From positions 19,149,152 through 19,213,151 of the forward strand of contig JARFYF010000053.1 of NCBI GenBank assembly GCA_030265395.1: 64,000 nt of DNA, given 5' to 3'. Position 1 is the stretch's first letter. Every line of letters starts with the position of its first letter. The notes under the pieces are model-generated. The model ran no database searches, was not told the DNA's origin, and saw only the letters and a list, made by a program, of their open reading frames with translations. The stretch is from Rhina ancylostomus. Taxonomy: Eukaryota. Below are positions 1-11,235 of the stretch, in pieces. Made by a program: the position numbers and the translations under genes.

Positions 1-369
1 GCCCAGGTTCTCTGTTCCCAGAAGCTTTTGGAGTACCATGTGAATTACTTTGTCCCAACAAAAGTGTTTGAACATTCAGAAGTGTCTTGTCAGGTACAGT
101 GTGCTCCCATTGTAAATATGGAATTCAATGGGAGCAACCTGTACCAGGCACAAAATATTGAAGTAAACAATGTAATTGAAGCTGTTGAAATTCTAATGAA
201 TTACCTGCTGTTATCTTTGCTCTCAAAAGTATAAAACTTTGATGTACTTTGAGTTGGGAGAGATTTTACTGAGGATGTCTCCAAGAGAATGCCTGCTTGT
301 CATGATGAATACAAATCTTCTGCATCTATCAGTTTCCAGTCTCCAGTGACTTAGTCACAGTCACAACAC

Positions 370-1085
370 CCTTGAAGTTCAAATATCCCCGATCTCTGTC
401 GAATACATTCAACAACTCCATCTGGGTTTGAGAATTCTTAAGAGTCATCATACTTTGAGAGAAGAAATTCATAGAATCAGAGAGTCATATACTCCTCATC
501 TCTGTCTTAAATTGATGACCCGTCATTCTGAAATGCCCCCATTAGGGGAAATATTTTTTCAGCATCCATCCTGTTAACAACCCTCAGAACCTTGTGGTTC
601 AGTGAGATCACTTTTCATTCTTCTATACTCCTATGTGTAAAGGCTCAGCCTGCTCAACCTCTCTTATTATGTGAACACCTCCATGCCAGGAATCAGTCTA
701 GTGAATGGATCTTTCTCTGCCAATGGAATATAACACTTTTAAATACGAAGACCAAAACTGCACACATTACTCCTGTGTGATCTCACTCGCACTCTATAAA
801 GTTACATCAAAACCCCCTTGTTTTTTCACTCTATTCCCATTGCAATAAAAGCCAACGTGCTTTGACCTTCCTATTTACTTGCTGTACCTGTAAGCCAACT
901 CTTTGTGTTGCATGCACTAGGACCCTCAAATCCCTTTGTACCAAAATATTTAAATGGAATCTCACTCCATTTAAATAATAATTTCCTTTTTCATTCTTCC
1001 TTCTGAAGTGGATAAAGTCACATTTTCCCACATTGTATTTTGTCAGTTTCTTGCCAGTTCACTTAGCTTATCTGTGTCCCCTTGC
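370..1085 (-). mobile_element. CR1 (HER1-like) LINE, degraded 3' part of ORF2
   Basis: ORF 831..1031(-) KCDFIHFRRKNEKGNYYLNG..VQRDLRVLVHATQRVGLQVQQV resembles the CR1 ORF2 post-RT motif KCEVIHFGRKN...YYLNG...QRDLGVLVH; flanks continue the pattern. Confidence 0.85.
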
Positions 1086-1244
1086 TGCCCCACAAGGTGT
1101 GTTTGGAGCTACTGGCAGACAATGAATTCCTCAGAAATGTGCTTTCTCTTTGAAGATATTTGTGATATTTGAGAATTGAATGAATGGATGAAAGATAAAT
1201 GTTGCCAATTAGAGCCATGGCCTTAAAGAGAGCTTACACATTTT

Positions 1245-1335
1245 CCATTTATACAGAACCTTTTTGTGACCTCAAGATTGTTTTACAACCGATTAAGTAC
1301 TTTTGAAGTATAGTTACCGTTGTAATGCAAGAAAA
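1245..1335 (-). mobile_element. Deu-domain SINE 3' tail fragment
   Basis: Reverse complement cattacaacggtaactatacttcaaaagtacttaatcggttgtaaa matches the tails of the copies at 30410 and 34770. Confidence 0.5.
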
Positions 1336-1887
1336 CGAGCAAAGAGCTCATATATTCCTCAAATTCATAATTCCATTTTTGCCTTCATGAAAATGAAATA
1401 TCACTTTTGAAGACTGCAAATGCAAGCCATGCTTCTAATAGTGCTCTCATCAGGGTTATGAAAAGTTAAGTATCTGTACTTAAATCATTTCATGAAATTA
1501 AGCTCTTTACAAATGTTAAATATAATTATTCCACTTAATATTTTGAAAAATTAACTATTGGCACTTAGGGGTCATCTCCAAAGCTTAAGTCTAATGTGGA
1601 AAATATTTAAAACAAATTGCACACTGATTCTGGTTAATTGAAACGCAGGTGGCACAGTTGTGCTTTCATAGGTGCTTCAATGTACTGTACCATGAAATGG
1701 GAAAATGCTCACCCATGCACGTTACTACCTATCCAGGAAATTTCACTGTTTTTGATAAATGTTATTCCCTCTCTGCAAAACTCAGGTGCCACAAAGTGAG
1801 ATTAACTTTGATCATGAAATTAGACAAGGGTCCAAATGGAAATGTGATGTTGACTTATAGAGGATGAAAAAGAAAACTGAAAATAGA

Positions 1888-2127
1888 GTTGATAAGATTT
1901 GTTTATTAGCCACATGTATAGTACATCGAAACATGCAGTGAAATGCATCTTCTTTGCGTAGAGTGTTCTGGGGACAGCCCGCAAGTGTCGCCATGCTTCC
2001 AGCGCCAACATAGCATGCTCACAACTTCCTAACCCGTACATCTTTGGAATGTGGGAGGAAACCGGAGCACCCGGAGGAAACCCACACAGATGCGGGGAGA
2101 ACATACAAACTCCTTACAGACAGTGGC
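1888..2127 (-). mobile_element. V-domain SINE with a non-CR1 (Rex-Babar-like) 3' tail
   Basis: V core ggtttcctccgggtgctccggtttcctcccacattccaaag on the - strand; tail tttcactgcatgtttcgatgtac...aataaa. Confidence 0.8.
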
Positions 2128-2329
2128 TGCCCAGTTTGCATTACATCCTGGCCAAAAGCAGTCTCAGCAGACTTTTGAGTGCAAGTCTCTTTAAGTCAAA
2201 GTCTTTCATCCAGTAAATCTTCACTCAATTCGTGAGTGTGGTTAAATTTTGAGTCAAAATACTGTTATGAATCTCCAAAGTTCACAAATAATGCTGATGT
2301 GCTTTTTAAAATTTCATTTCACTAGCTAT

Positions 2330-3316
2330 TTCTACTCCTTGTTCTTCAGAATTCCTTTGGGATTGAAGATGACTTGCTTCCATTCCAGGTTAGTGGGATC
2401 TGAGGTGATTGATGGGGCCAACCTTAGATGACTAAGAGTGGACAGGAAGTGCTTGATAGGACAAGTGGGTGCAGTTTGGAAAGAGGCCATTTTTTTTGCC
2501 ATTTCTACTGGCCTTCTGTTTGCTCCTGATGCACAGACTTAGGATTCTCATTGCAAACCTGAAATCTCCTATCCCACTTTGAGCAGTCATAGGCCAGAGC
2601 TTCCCTAGAGAGAGTGGGGATATTGCATTCTTTCATAAGGAGGCTTTGAGAATATCCTGGATTTTCGTCTGTCAACTTAATTATCTCTTCCTGTGATGGA
2701 GCTTGGAATAGTGTCTATTTCAGAAGCGAGGCGTTCAGTTTGATATAGTCTTCTCAGCTGAGCTGATTGAGTGCAGTTAAAATCTCAAAGTTGGGGATAC
2801 TGGCCTGGAGGAAAATACTGACATTAGTTTGCTTATCTTGCCAGTGAATTTAGGGGATCTTATGGGGTTATCATTTGGGTAACTCTCCGGTACCTGGATA
2901 TGCTTGCTTTAGGAATTTCTTTCTCAGAAACATACAGGAAGGCAGGAATTGCTGCTGCCCAGAAGGCCATGAGCTTCATGCCAGGTTTGAAGTCTTGTTC
3001 ATCAAACAGTCTGCCTCAGAAATCTGAGGGCAATGTTGATGCACTGATACTGACAATGAATTTCTGCCTTCACGGAGCTGGCTCCCAAGATATGGGCTGT
3101 GGTCCATGTTTTTCAGTCTCATTGTGGACCTTTACTGTTGGAAGCCAGGGAAGCAGGTTAGTTGAGGGCCTTTGCTTTACATCCTGCATGTTAAGTGTAA
3201 TGCCATACCCCTTTCTCTTTTATTCTTCAGACAATAAAGATTTGGAGCTCAATGTCCAAGCCTATTTGTACACAAACATTGTCCACATACAATGGTTGGT
3301 GTGACCTTGGTTCTGG
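2330..3316 (-). mobile_element. RTE-clade LINE, 3' segment (RT C-terminal half to GAA-like tail)
   Basis: - strand reads, with frameshifts, RTKVTPT..LYVDNVCV (decayed QYADD)...NMDHSPYLGSQL...IHWQDKQTNVSIFLQASIP; ends aagtcatcttcaatcccaaaggaattctgaagaac. Confidence 0.85.
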
Positions 3317-3321
3317 GGTGG

Positions 3322-3636
3322 AGTGCAATAACTCCAAGAGAAGTCCAGGGAGAAACGGCCATTATCCCTGGGGTTTTTCACCTTACTAAAGACTTTGACT
3401 CCATCAAACAAGAAGGTAGGTGGAGCATCCTCCTCAAATTTGGCTGTCTGAAGAAATTCATTTCTTTCTTACATTTACTTCGAGGTGGCATGCAAAGCTA
3501 CATCATCATCCCAATACATTTTCCAATCATTCTTGCCACAATACTGCACCATCCTGCCAAAAGATTTCCTGTTAGAGTGGAACTAATCTGCAGGCTCAGT
3601 GGAAGGCTGTTCAACCCACATCACCACCACTCCAGA
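3322..3636 (+). mobile_element. RTE-clade LINE, inverted upstream RT segment of the same element
   Basis: + strand reads LQEKSREK... then FHLTKDFDSIKQEGRWSILLKFGCLKKFISFLHLL...VELICRLSGRLFN (ORF 3292..3666), matching RTE RT DLTKAFD...WSILLKFGCP. Confidence 0.85.
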
Positions 3637-4429
3637 TATTTCATGAAATTTCCAAAAATATTTTGACCCCCTCCTCCTCTGTTGACTCTAAGTGGGATAC
3701 TGTTCAAAGTCTGAAAGACTTTACCCAAGTAATAATTCTTCAAGTGTAGGTTGCCCACTGAACCTCAACCAGCTGTCTGCAAAACATTAACTGTCTAAAT
3801 GGGGTCAGTAGAAAGAGATCAGGAGAAGAAAACTTGCTTGCTCCTTTTGTTGATCTTGCTCAAGGACTACCAGAAGCTATATTTTTTTGCCCTTAAAAAT
3901 AAGGTTGGTGATCTCCAATCATATTTTAGATCATGTGGATGCCTTTTTGCATACTAATCTCTCCTGCTGTACATTGTATGAGTTATTTGCAATGAGGAAT
4001 CTTTATCGTTAACATTATTGCAGTATAGGTCATATTGGTTGTGAACAGTAAATCCTGCTTTAAGGCTTTCTCCCCTTTAAGGATTACATCATGTGACTAA
4101 TAGCTCTCTGGCCTGCAACAATGTTTATGTAGATTTCCAAAAGCTGTCTGTGAAAAACTATTAAATAAACTAGACACACCTTGTTTCCACTCCAGGCTTT
4201 CCCATGTAGATCAGTTTAAACGCCCAGAAGTGAAACACCTCTATTACAATTATGCTTCCCTTTATCGTCTAACTAAAATAAATACTAACATGAATGATAT
4301 TCATTTGAAAACAAACAAATGTCATAGAACTTTAGAATCAAGAACTAAAAGAATAAAAGGAAAATTGAATGCCCTTGAGGTCTTTTCCCACCTGAGTCAG
4401 TTCTGGTTTGTTGACCACTTTAACACAGG

Positions 4430-5800
4430 ATCACAGAATGGTTGCAGTATAGAAGGAAGATATTCAGTCTGTCAAGTCCATACATGTTCTGTCTGAGGCC
4501 AGTCAAGCTAGTTTTACTCCCTTGTTCTTTAATTTCTTACCTTTCAGAATCTTATGCAGCTCCCTTCTGAACATTATAGTGGGATCTGTGTCCCCTACTA
4601 CATCTGGCAGTGCATTCCAGATCCTGACCCAAGCTCTGTAAAAATTATTTCCTCATGTCACTGTTGGTTCTTTTGCAAATCACCTTTATCCTTGACACCT
4701 CTGTGAATAGATACATTTTCTTTCTTTCTACACTGTCTAAACTTTTCATAATTTTAAATACCTGTAAGAAATCCCCTCCTAACATTCCAAGAAGAACATC
4801 TCTAGCTTCTTCAGTCTATCCACATCACTACAGCCGCTCATGCCTGGAATCGTTTTGGTAGTTCTCTTCAGAACCTTCTCTAATGCCTTTACATTTTTCC
4901 TGAAGCATGCCACCAAGATATAATATTCCACTTTGTGGATGAACCAACAATTTATTAAGGTTCATATAAAGGTTCAGAACAACATTGTTGTTCCCATAGT
5001 TAATATCACCACTTATAAAGCCAGTAAGTTTCTTTAACCACGTTCACAATCTATCCTGTCATTTCACTGAACAATGCACACATCTTCCCCCAATCTCTCT
5101 GTTCATGTACCATTTTTAGTATTGTCCCCGATAGTTTATGCAGTCTGCCCCCAGGCAACGAACATGATCCATTTTACAGATATTCATAAGTTGATTTTGT
5201 CCATAAGTTGGAAAGTACACAAAAATCACTCTATATGATAATCACACCTCGACAGTATTGTAATGAATGGCATCAAAAGCACATAAGACTAAGAAGAAAA
5301 AGCATTACTAAAAGTGGAGAGCAAGAGAAAATTAGTTCAGCCATTAATAGGAATGTCCATACATTGGACTTGTGAATCTCGTTCATATGTAGGGGTGTCC
5401 GTAACCCAGAGATGGCCTGTACTGGCTTTTCTGATTCTCCCTACCAAACTGTAACACTGCACATTTCTCAGCATTAAATTTCCATGCCCACTGATTCAAC
5501 CACTCAGTCGCCCATCTTTATCTCCTTGGAGTCTATCAACATTTTCTTCAGAAGTCACTGCACCTCCAAATTTGTGTCATCTAAATATTTATATATTGTT
5601 CTAAATTTATCCAAGTACCTTTTGATAACTGTCAAAAAAGAGTGGTGGTCTGAATACTGGAGAACTCTACACTTCTCTCCAGCCTAAAAAGCATCCAGTC
5701 ACTATTGCTCCCTGTTTCTTGCTGATTAGCCAATTTTCTAAACACACTGCCTCCAACCCTCTCTTATTTCATGGTCTACAGTTTTTATGTGAAACCTTAT
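4430..5800 (-). mobile_element. Degraded CR1 LINE 3' fragment, interrupted by a MITE
   Basis: CR1 3'-end phrases in reverse orientation (ggcagtgcattccagatcc; ttcataattttaaatacct...aaatcccctc) that resume after 5421. Confidence 0.7.
5141..5419. mobile_element. Tigger/pogo-type MITE
   Basis: Imperfect TIRs cagtctgcccccaggcaacgaac ... gtccgtaacccagagatggcctg, flanked by TG/TA (decayed TA target-site duplication). Confidence 0.7.
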
Positions 5801-7264
5801 TTTGAATGTCCTTTATATATATCACACTATTTCTCCCATTGACCCTCATTATTACTTAATCATGAAGTACTATTAAGTACATTAAACACAACTTGTCTTC
5901 AACAATCCTTTTCCACAGCATTTCTAAACCTTACAATATTACTGTATTCTATGTGATTTCCCACAGCTGATTGCTCCATTTGCTCTGGTCCATTTCCTCA
6001 ATTAATCCCTCAATGCTTCTTTCATGATAGGCAAGAAACCTACTGATCCAGAAAGTTCTTCCAAACATTCTTCAGAAATTCTTCTCCTCTTTTTACCCCA
6101 TAAGTTATTGCTACTCCTGTGTAACTATGGACAGGCCCAGTAGTATAATCACACCATTGTTATTTCTTAATCCAAAACAAATCAGTACTGTTGTTGATCT
6201 GAGTCTCAGGCTTTCTGCCACATTCTCTTCTGTCAGAAACCTTCCTAATTTTTGAAGAAATGGTGAAACATTTTCTGAATTCTTTATCTTCAGTGGGAAG
6301 ATTTCACTTAATTTGAGAAAGTGCATTTAGCTTATTCATGTTGACATCCAAGTTCCTGATTTTAATACTGAATCCCTAGCCTTCAAATCCTGATGGTAGT
6401 TTTATAATATTGAGTACAAATAATATTCCAGCCAGTTTTGTGAACTTCCTAATGTCTGGTTAAAGAGTAAAGTATGTATGTATAGTTCTATTGTCAACAC
6501 AACGAGAAAATCCAACATAACCTTGGAATTCATTTAATATTTTTCATTTTAAATTATTTGATTTAAATTTAATATCATCACTAGATAATTTAAACAACTG
6601 TACATGAATTGATCCTGCAATACAAAACATTTTTCTCCTTTTTTTTGGTTCCAATTGCACATTGCACTTCAATTGCACTTAGTCTCCCTAGAATTTCTGT
6701 CAATCTGGGTTTCACTGTCTCAGGTGGTTCAATTCTTTATATTCCTTAGATTTACTGCAGGGAAGGAATTGATTCCCAACCTATGATACTAAGTTTATTC
6801 TGCAAATCTACCACAAAACATGTCAACCTGTTCATTTCATTTCAAACAGTGTAAGGAAGAATTAATGGGCTTTTTATCCTTACTTGCTGTGTGATATCAT
6901 GAAGTGTTCCAAGGTGGTTGAATTCACTAACATTTTTGTTCCGATGGTTAAGCTCCAACTGCCTTACAGTCGATCTGCTATTCAGGTAATGCTAAATTAA
7001 ATTTGGTATCACATTGCTGTGAAAAATAATTTACAGCAAATTGACCTTCTGGTCAAGCAGTTGAGAATGCATCCTGTCTATATCAGAACTCAAGTTATAT
7101 TTTAACCATCCTTTATTAAATTCAGATTAGAATAGTACAATGCCCTATACACAGGTAAACTCCACGTTATCTCAGCCAGAAAGATCCTAAAATAGTAAGA
7201 TGCAGATTTCTAGGCATAAGATCTCACCACCCCACCCCACCCCCACTGAGGGATATCCAAAATA

Positions 7265-7410
7265 AAAATAGAAGATGCCGTAAATGCCAGGAAAATACTT
7301 TCTATACCAAGAGCTTCTGTGGAGAGAGAAACAGAATTATGTTTCAGATGATTTTCCTTTCTGATAATAGCTGACCTGCAGAGTTGTTCTGTCACTTTCT
7401 GTTTTTATTT
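7265..7410. mobile_element. Penelope-derived short foldback repeat
   Basis: aaatgccaggaaaatac...tctgtggagagagaaacag ... ctgacctgcagagtt...ttctgtttttattt; same family as the terminus of the Penelope at 63.9 kb. Confidence 0.55.
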
Positions 7411-7419
7411 CCATACTCT

Positions 7420-8300
7420 AATATACAACAGTACAACCAGGAACAGGCCAATCGGCCCATCATATCTGTGCCAACCATGATACCAATTTAAACTAATATC
7501 ATCTGCCTTGCACATGGTCTGTATCATTCTATTTCCTGCCTGTTCATGTGCCTGTCTAAACGCCTCTTAAACATTGCTGCCATATCTGCTTCCACCACCT
7601 CCTCTGGCAGCACATTTCAGCCACCTACCACTCGTATGAAAAAACTTGCCTTGTTAATCTCCTTTAAACTTTTCCCCTATTACCTTAAAGCTATGCCCTC
7701 TGGTATTTGACATTTCCACTTTGGAAAAATGACTCCGACTATCCATATGATCTATGCCTCTCATAATTTTATGCGCTTTTCTCAGGTCATCCCATAGCCT
7801 CTGATGGATCACAACAACTGGATCTTTCTCCTCCCATTCCAAACTCCTCTGCAAGTCAGATGGGATGACCCAAACCCAGGCACCATACAGGCAACACAGC
7901 CTTTGGAACACTTAATCCTTGCGACAGAGAATTGTGTCTACTCCCCTGTCTATGCTATCCCCAATTACAACAACATTTCTCTTCTCTCCCCCCTCTTGAA
8001 TGGCTCCCAAAACCACGGTTTGATTGTGCATCCTTCCTACAGCCCCCACTCTCATCTGCACAAGGAGCAAGAATCTCAGACCTGTTGAATGATCTCAAGG
8101 GCTGAGGCTCCTCCAGTACTACCTCATGGATCCCCCTACCTGCCTCACTACCAGTCATGGCCTCTTGTCCATGACCACATACCAAATTTGAAGCAGTTAA
8201 TCTAATGGGTGTGACTTCCTCCTGAAACACAACGTCCTGGTAACTCTCCCCCTCCCTGATACATCGCTGTGTTTGAAACTCAGATTCCAGGTCAGTGTTC
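7420..8300 (-). mobile_element. Internally deleted CR1 (ORF1 fragment joined to ORF2 C-terminus and 3' UTR)
   Basis: ORF 7955..8230 has CR1 ORF1-like MFQEEVTP...PLRSFNRSEILA; ORF 7654..7911 runs from esterase-like LCCLYGAWV...DPVVVIH into ORF2-end RLWDDLRKAHKIMRGID...NTRGHSFKV. Confidence 0.8.
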
Positions 8301-8595
8301 GAAGCTCATACTCCAGATTCCAGTGCCCAATGATACCCTTAGATTTAAGTAGACCACAACTGAATTTAAAATTTTCTCCAATGCAAACTGCGTAAGGCTT
8401 GTGTCCACTAGTGACATGAGCTCAAGTCTCACCATAACATGGGGAATATAAATTGTTCATTAAATAAATCTGGAATAAAGTATTGTTGGCTCTTAATTGA
8501 CCTCTGAAATGTTATGGCAAGACACTCAGTTCCTCCAAATTGCTATTATAAAGTATATTGGGAATAATATTGAGTTCAACCCAATGATAGACTCA

Positions 8596-8910
8596 GCACA
8601 GTAGTGCTGAGGGTAGCACAACGATCTCACATTTCCAGCAGCCAGGGTTTGATTCTGACCTCCAGTGCTGTCCGTATGGTGTATGCACATTCTCCTTGTT
8701 GCCTCTTAACTTTCCCCCAAGTGCTCCTGTTTCCTGTCTCAAAGACATGTTGGTTTGTAGGTTAATTGGCCCGAGTGTAGGTGCCTGATGGGGCAATTGG
8801 TCAGGGGTGTTAAAGGTCATCTGTGAGAGAATAAGCAACAGGGAAATAAATGGAGGAATGGAGTTGATGGAATTCCTCTGAGAGCTGGCATAGACTCACT
8901 GAATAGAATG
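8596..8910 (+). mobile_element. tRNA-head V-domain SINE (degraded)
   Basis: B-box-like gggtttgattctgacc, then gtgctcctgtttcct...caaagacatg...gtaggttaattggcc. Confidence 0.7.
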
Positions 8911-8949
8911 GCAGAACTCTGCAGTCCTTCCTCTGTGGACCCGCTCTAG

Positions 8950-9210
8950 TAAAAATTGCAGGACCACCCAAAAGGCAGAGTCACTAGCCATTTGTTCAAG
9001 GGATAGCCTATGACCCAATAGTTATCCTTGACTTTGCCATCAAATCTCAAATAATTATGGTGGAGCAGGTTACCTGAAAATATTTGCAACCTTACTGAGC
9101 AGCATGATACATTGTATTGGTCACAAACCAGTTGGTCAATGAGGGGGTGCAATTTCTTCTAGTTGCTGCACATCCTTGCGTCAAGGTACAGTGATCTCAA
9201 AGCATCATGA
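8950..9210 (-). pseudogene. PIF/Harbinger (HARBI1-like) transposase remnant, DDE core
   Basis: ORF 8946..9152(-) HPLIDQLVCDQ...YWVIGYPLNKWLVTLP resembles Harbinger FHSLNVQLVCDH...LLGDKGYPLxxWLMTP. Confidence 0.7.
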
Positions 9211-9213
9211 GTA

Positions 9214-9589
9214 CAGGCAATCCCCCATTATGGCTGTTCGGATAACGGAAAGTCACCCTTAGAGAGTTCACAAATTATGAGCCAAAAATTTGAGGTACAG
9301 AATAAAATTCACTCTCACAGAATTTATGTGAAAAACAGTAAATAAATAAAGACAAAATTGATTTTTTCAACTCAAGTTTCTTGATGCATGCACAGATGAC
9401 ATGGCTTCACATTGTGGAAAATGGTGATCCGGACCGTTTTCTACGAATGCGACAACTTCAACCCCACAACATGGAAGTTGTTTATACAGTCAATCGTGCT
9501 CTGCACTGTTGTGAACCCAGTTAACTTGGTGAAGACATGCACGAACTCTGCTGTTTTCTCTTGAGAGTTGCATACATCTCATTAAATAC
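9214..9589 (+). mobile_element. Tigger/pogo-like element (left end), inserted in the Harbinger transposase
   Basis: TA|caggcaatcccccattatgg terminus resembles the TIRs at 5141 and 51207; right end not seen (N gap follows). Confidence 0.5.
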
Positions 9590-9739
9590 NNNNNNNNNNN
9601 NNNNNNNNNNNNNNNNNNNNNNNNNNNNNNNNNNNNNNNNNNNNNNNNNNNNNNNNNNNNNNNNNNNNNNNNNNNNNNNNNNNNNNNNNAATACACACAG
9701 CAGTCTTTGAATGTAGAGAATCAGTAGACTCCCTTAAGT

Positions 9740-10000
9740 AAGGTGGATGGCAAAATGAGGCATGCTATGATGAAATCTCTTGTTCTAAGCTGAAAGAATC
9801 TGGCAAAAGGAGATTGATGACAACCATGAACACAACAACAACTAGAGAATTGGTCCTTGCACAGCTCTGCATTGGAGTTATGACTGCAGGATGTGACATG
9901 TGTCAGTGTGGATGTTATTACTGAATCATAGCACTCAGGTATTGCTCTCTGAGGTGCATCTAGGAAAACTGATCCCTGAAGACCAGTGTTGGATATAACC
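9740..10000 (-). pseudogene. PIF/Harbinger transposase remnant, N-terminal region
   Basis: Frameshift-tolerant translation YPTLVFRDQFS*MHL..EQYL..FSNNIHTDTCHILQS*LQ..ARTNSLVVVVFMVVINL..SFQLRTRD..HFAIH resembles the HARBI1-type N-terminus (YPPRVFR..CHLLQ..VTVALNF..GSFQ..AVH). Confidence 0.65.
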
Positions 10001-10819
10001 AAATGCTGAGAGCAATTTGTTCCCCTTCCTCCAACCCTGCACCTGCTCTTCTGCTGAAACAACCTCCCCTGCTCAACCTGCTCTCAAATTATTCACTGCG
10101 CTCATTCAGTAATGGTTATTCAGAAATAAATGCCCAGAGCAACCAGTTATTGTAGAATTCCTGAAGCCAAATAAACCCATACTTCACAATATTCCCTGCA
10201 GGGGTACAAACTCCCAAGAATACCAGAAGCACCAAACTCCAGATGAATCAAAGCAACACCCAGCAGATACCGATCAAGAAGAAATTCACAAATAATTGAT
10301 TTAATTTCACTTAACTATTACTGGGTAGGTGAGACCTTTCCTGGAGTTGATGAGTGTTCAGGTGCAGAAGGTAAATATATGGTATCAGCTATACCTGTTG
10401 TGATTCAATTTATCCATACTGGTGCCAATTCAATGTTGCGAGAGGATTGTTGGCATAATCTGCATACTGTTAACACTGGGCATTGGTGCCCTTCCCAATA
10501 TGGTGATCTCTGTAACTTCTGCTATAAATGTGTGCATATACATCAAAAGCCATAAATTCAGTACTTCCAGTGCTTACCATTTCTGGCTTATGACACAAAG
10601 ATGTATTTTCTTTAAAATAACAAAAATAATATTTCAAAATTTGCTTTCAGACAGGGTCTTGAAGAGAAAGCCACATGAAGCTTTCAATGGGAAATTCAGA
10701 GCTTTCATAGGACCACTGTTTGGCCTACAATCCTGTTCACACTGGAAGGCAGATGCATTCATGGTGCAGAGAATGATCCTCCAGGAAGAAAGATATGCCC
10801 CAAGGCACCACCAATATTA

Positions 10820-11050
10820 ACACAGAACATTGAACAGTACAGCACAAGAACAGGACCTTCGGCCCACAATATTGTGCCAAACTAATTAAGCTCATGACAC
10901 CAAATTAAACTAATCCCTTCTGCCTGCACACGATCCATCTCCCTCTATTCTCTGCATATTCATGTGCCTATCTAAGAGCTTCTTAAATGCCTCTATTGTA
11001 TCTGCCTCCACCACTACCCCAGGCAGTGCGTTCCAGGCATCCGTCACTCC
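10820..11050 (-). mobile_element. CR1 LINE 3' end (5'-truncated)
   Basis: gaacattgaacagtacagcaca..acaggaccttcggcccaca...tgcctatctaagagcttcttaaatgcc...ggcagtgcgttccaggca. Confidence 0.8.
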
Positions 11051-11084
11051 AGTGTAAGGAAGTATATTGATTTTCCTTTGTCAG

Positions 11085-11235
11085 TGCTTTGTCTGAATTC
11101 TGGAAATTCCTACCCAGCAACACTACGTGAGTACCTTCACCAGAAGGATTGAAGTGCTTCAAGAATATGGCTCACCACCAGTTTCTCAAGGAGGAACAGT
11201 ACACGCTGGCCTTCCCAGTGACGTCCACAACCTAT
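11085..11235 (+). mobile_element. 3' end of a second CR1-group LINE family
   Basis: gtaccttcaccagaaggattgaagtgcttcaagaa..ggctcaccaccag..tctcaagg; same family as 45590-46050 and 48330-48540. Confidence 0.6.

Noticed and set aside
10110-10295. Stop-free hydrophilic frame (..NSQEYQKHQTPDESKQHPADTDQEEIHK*)
   Set aside because: No start codon, convincing splice signals or recognisable homology; it lies next to the Harbinger fossil.
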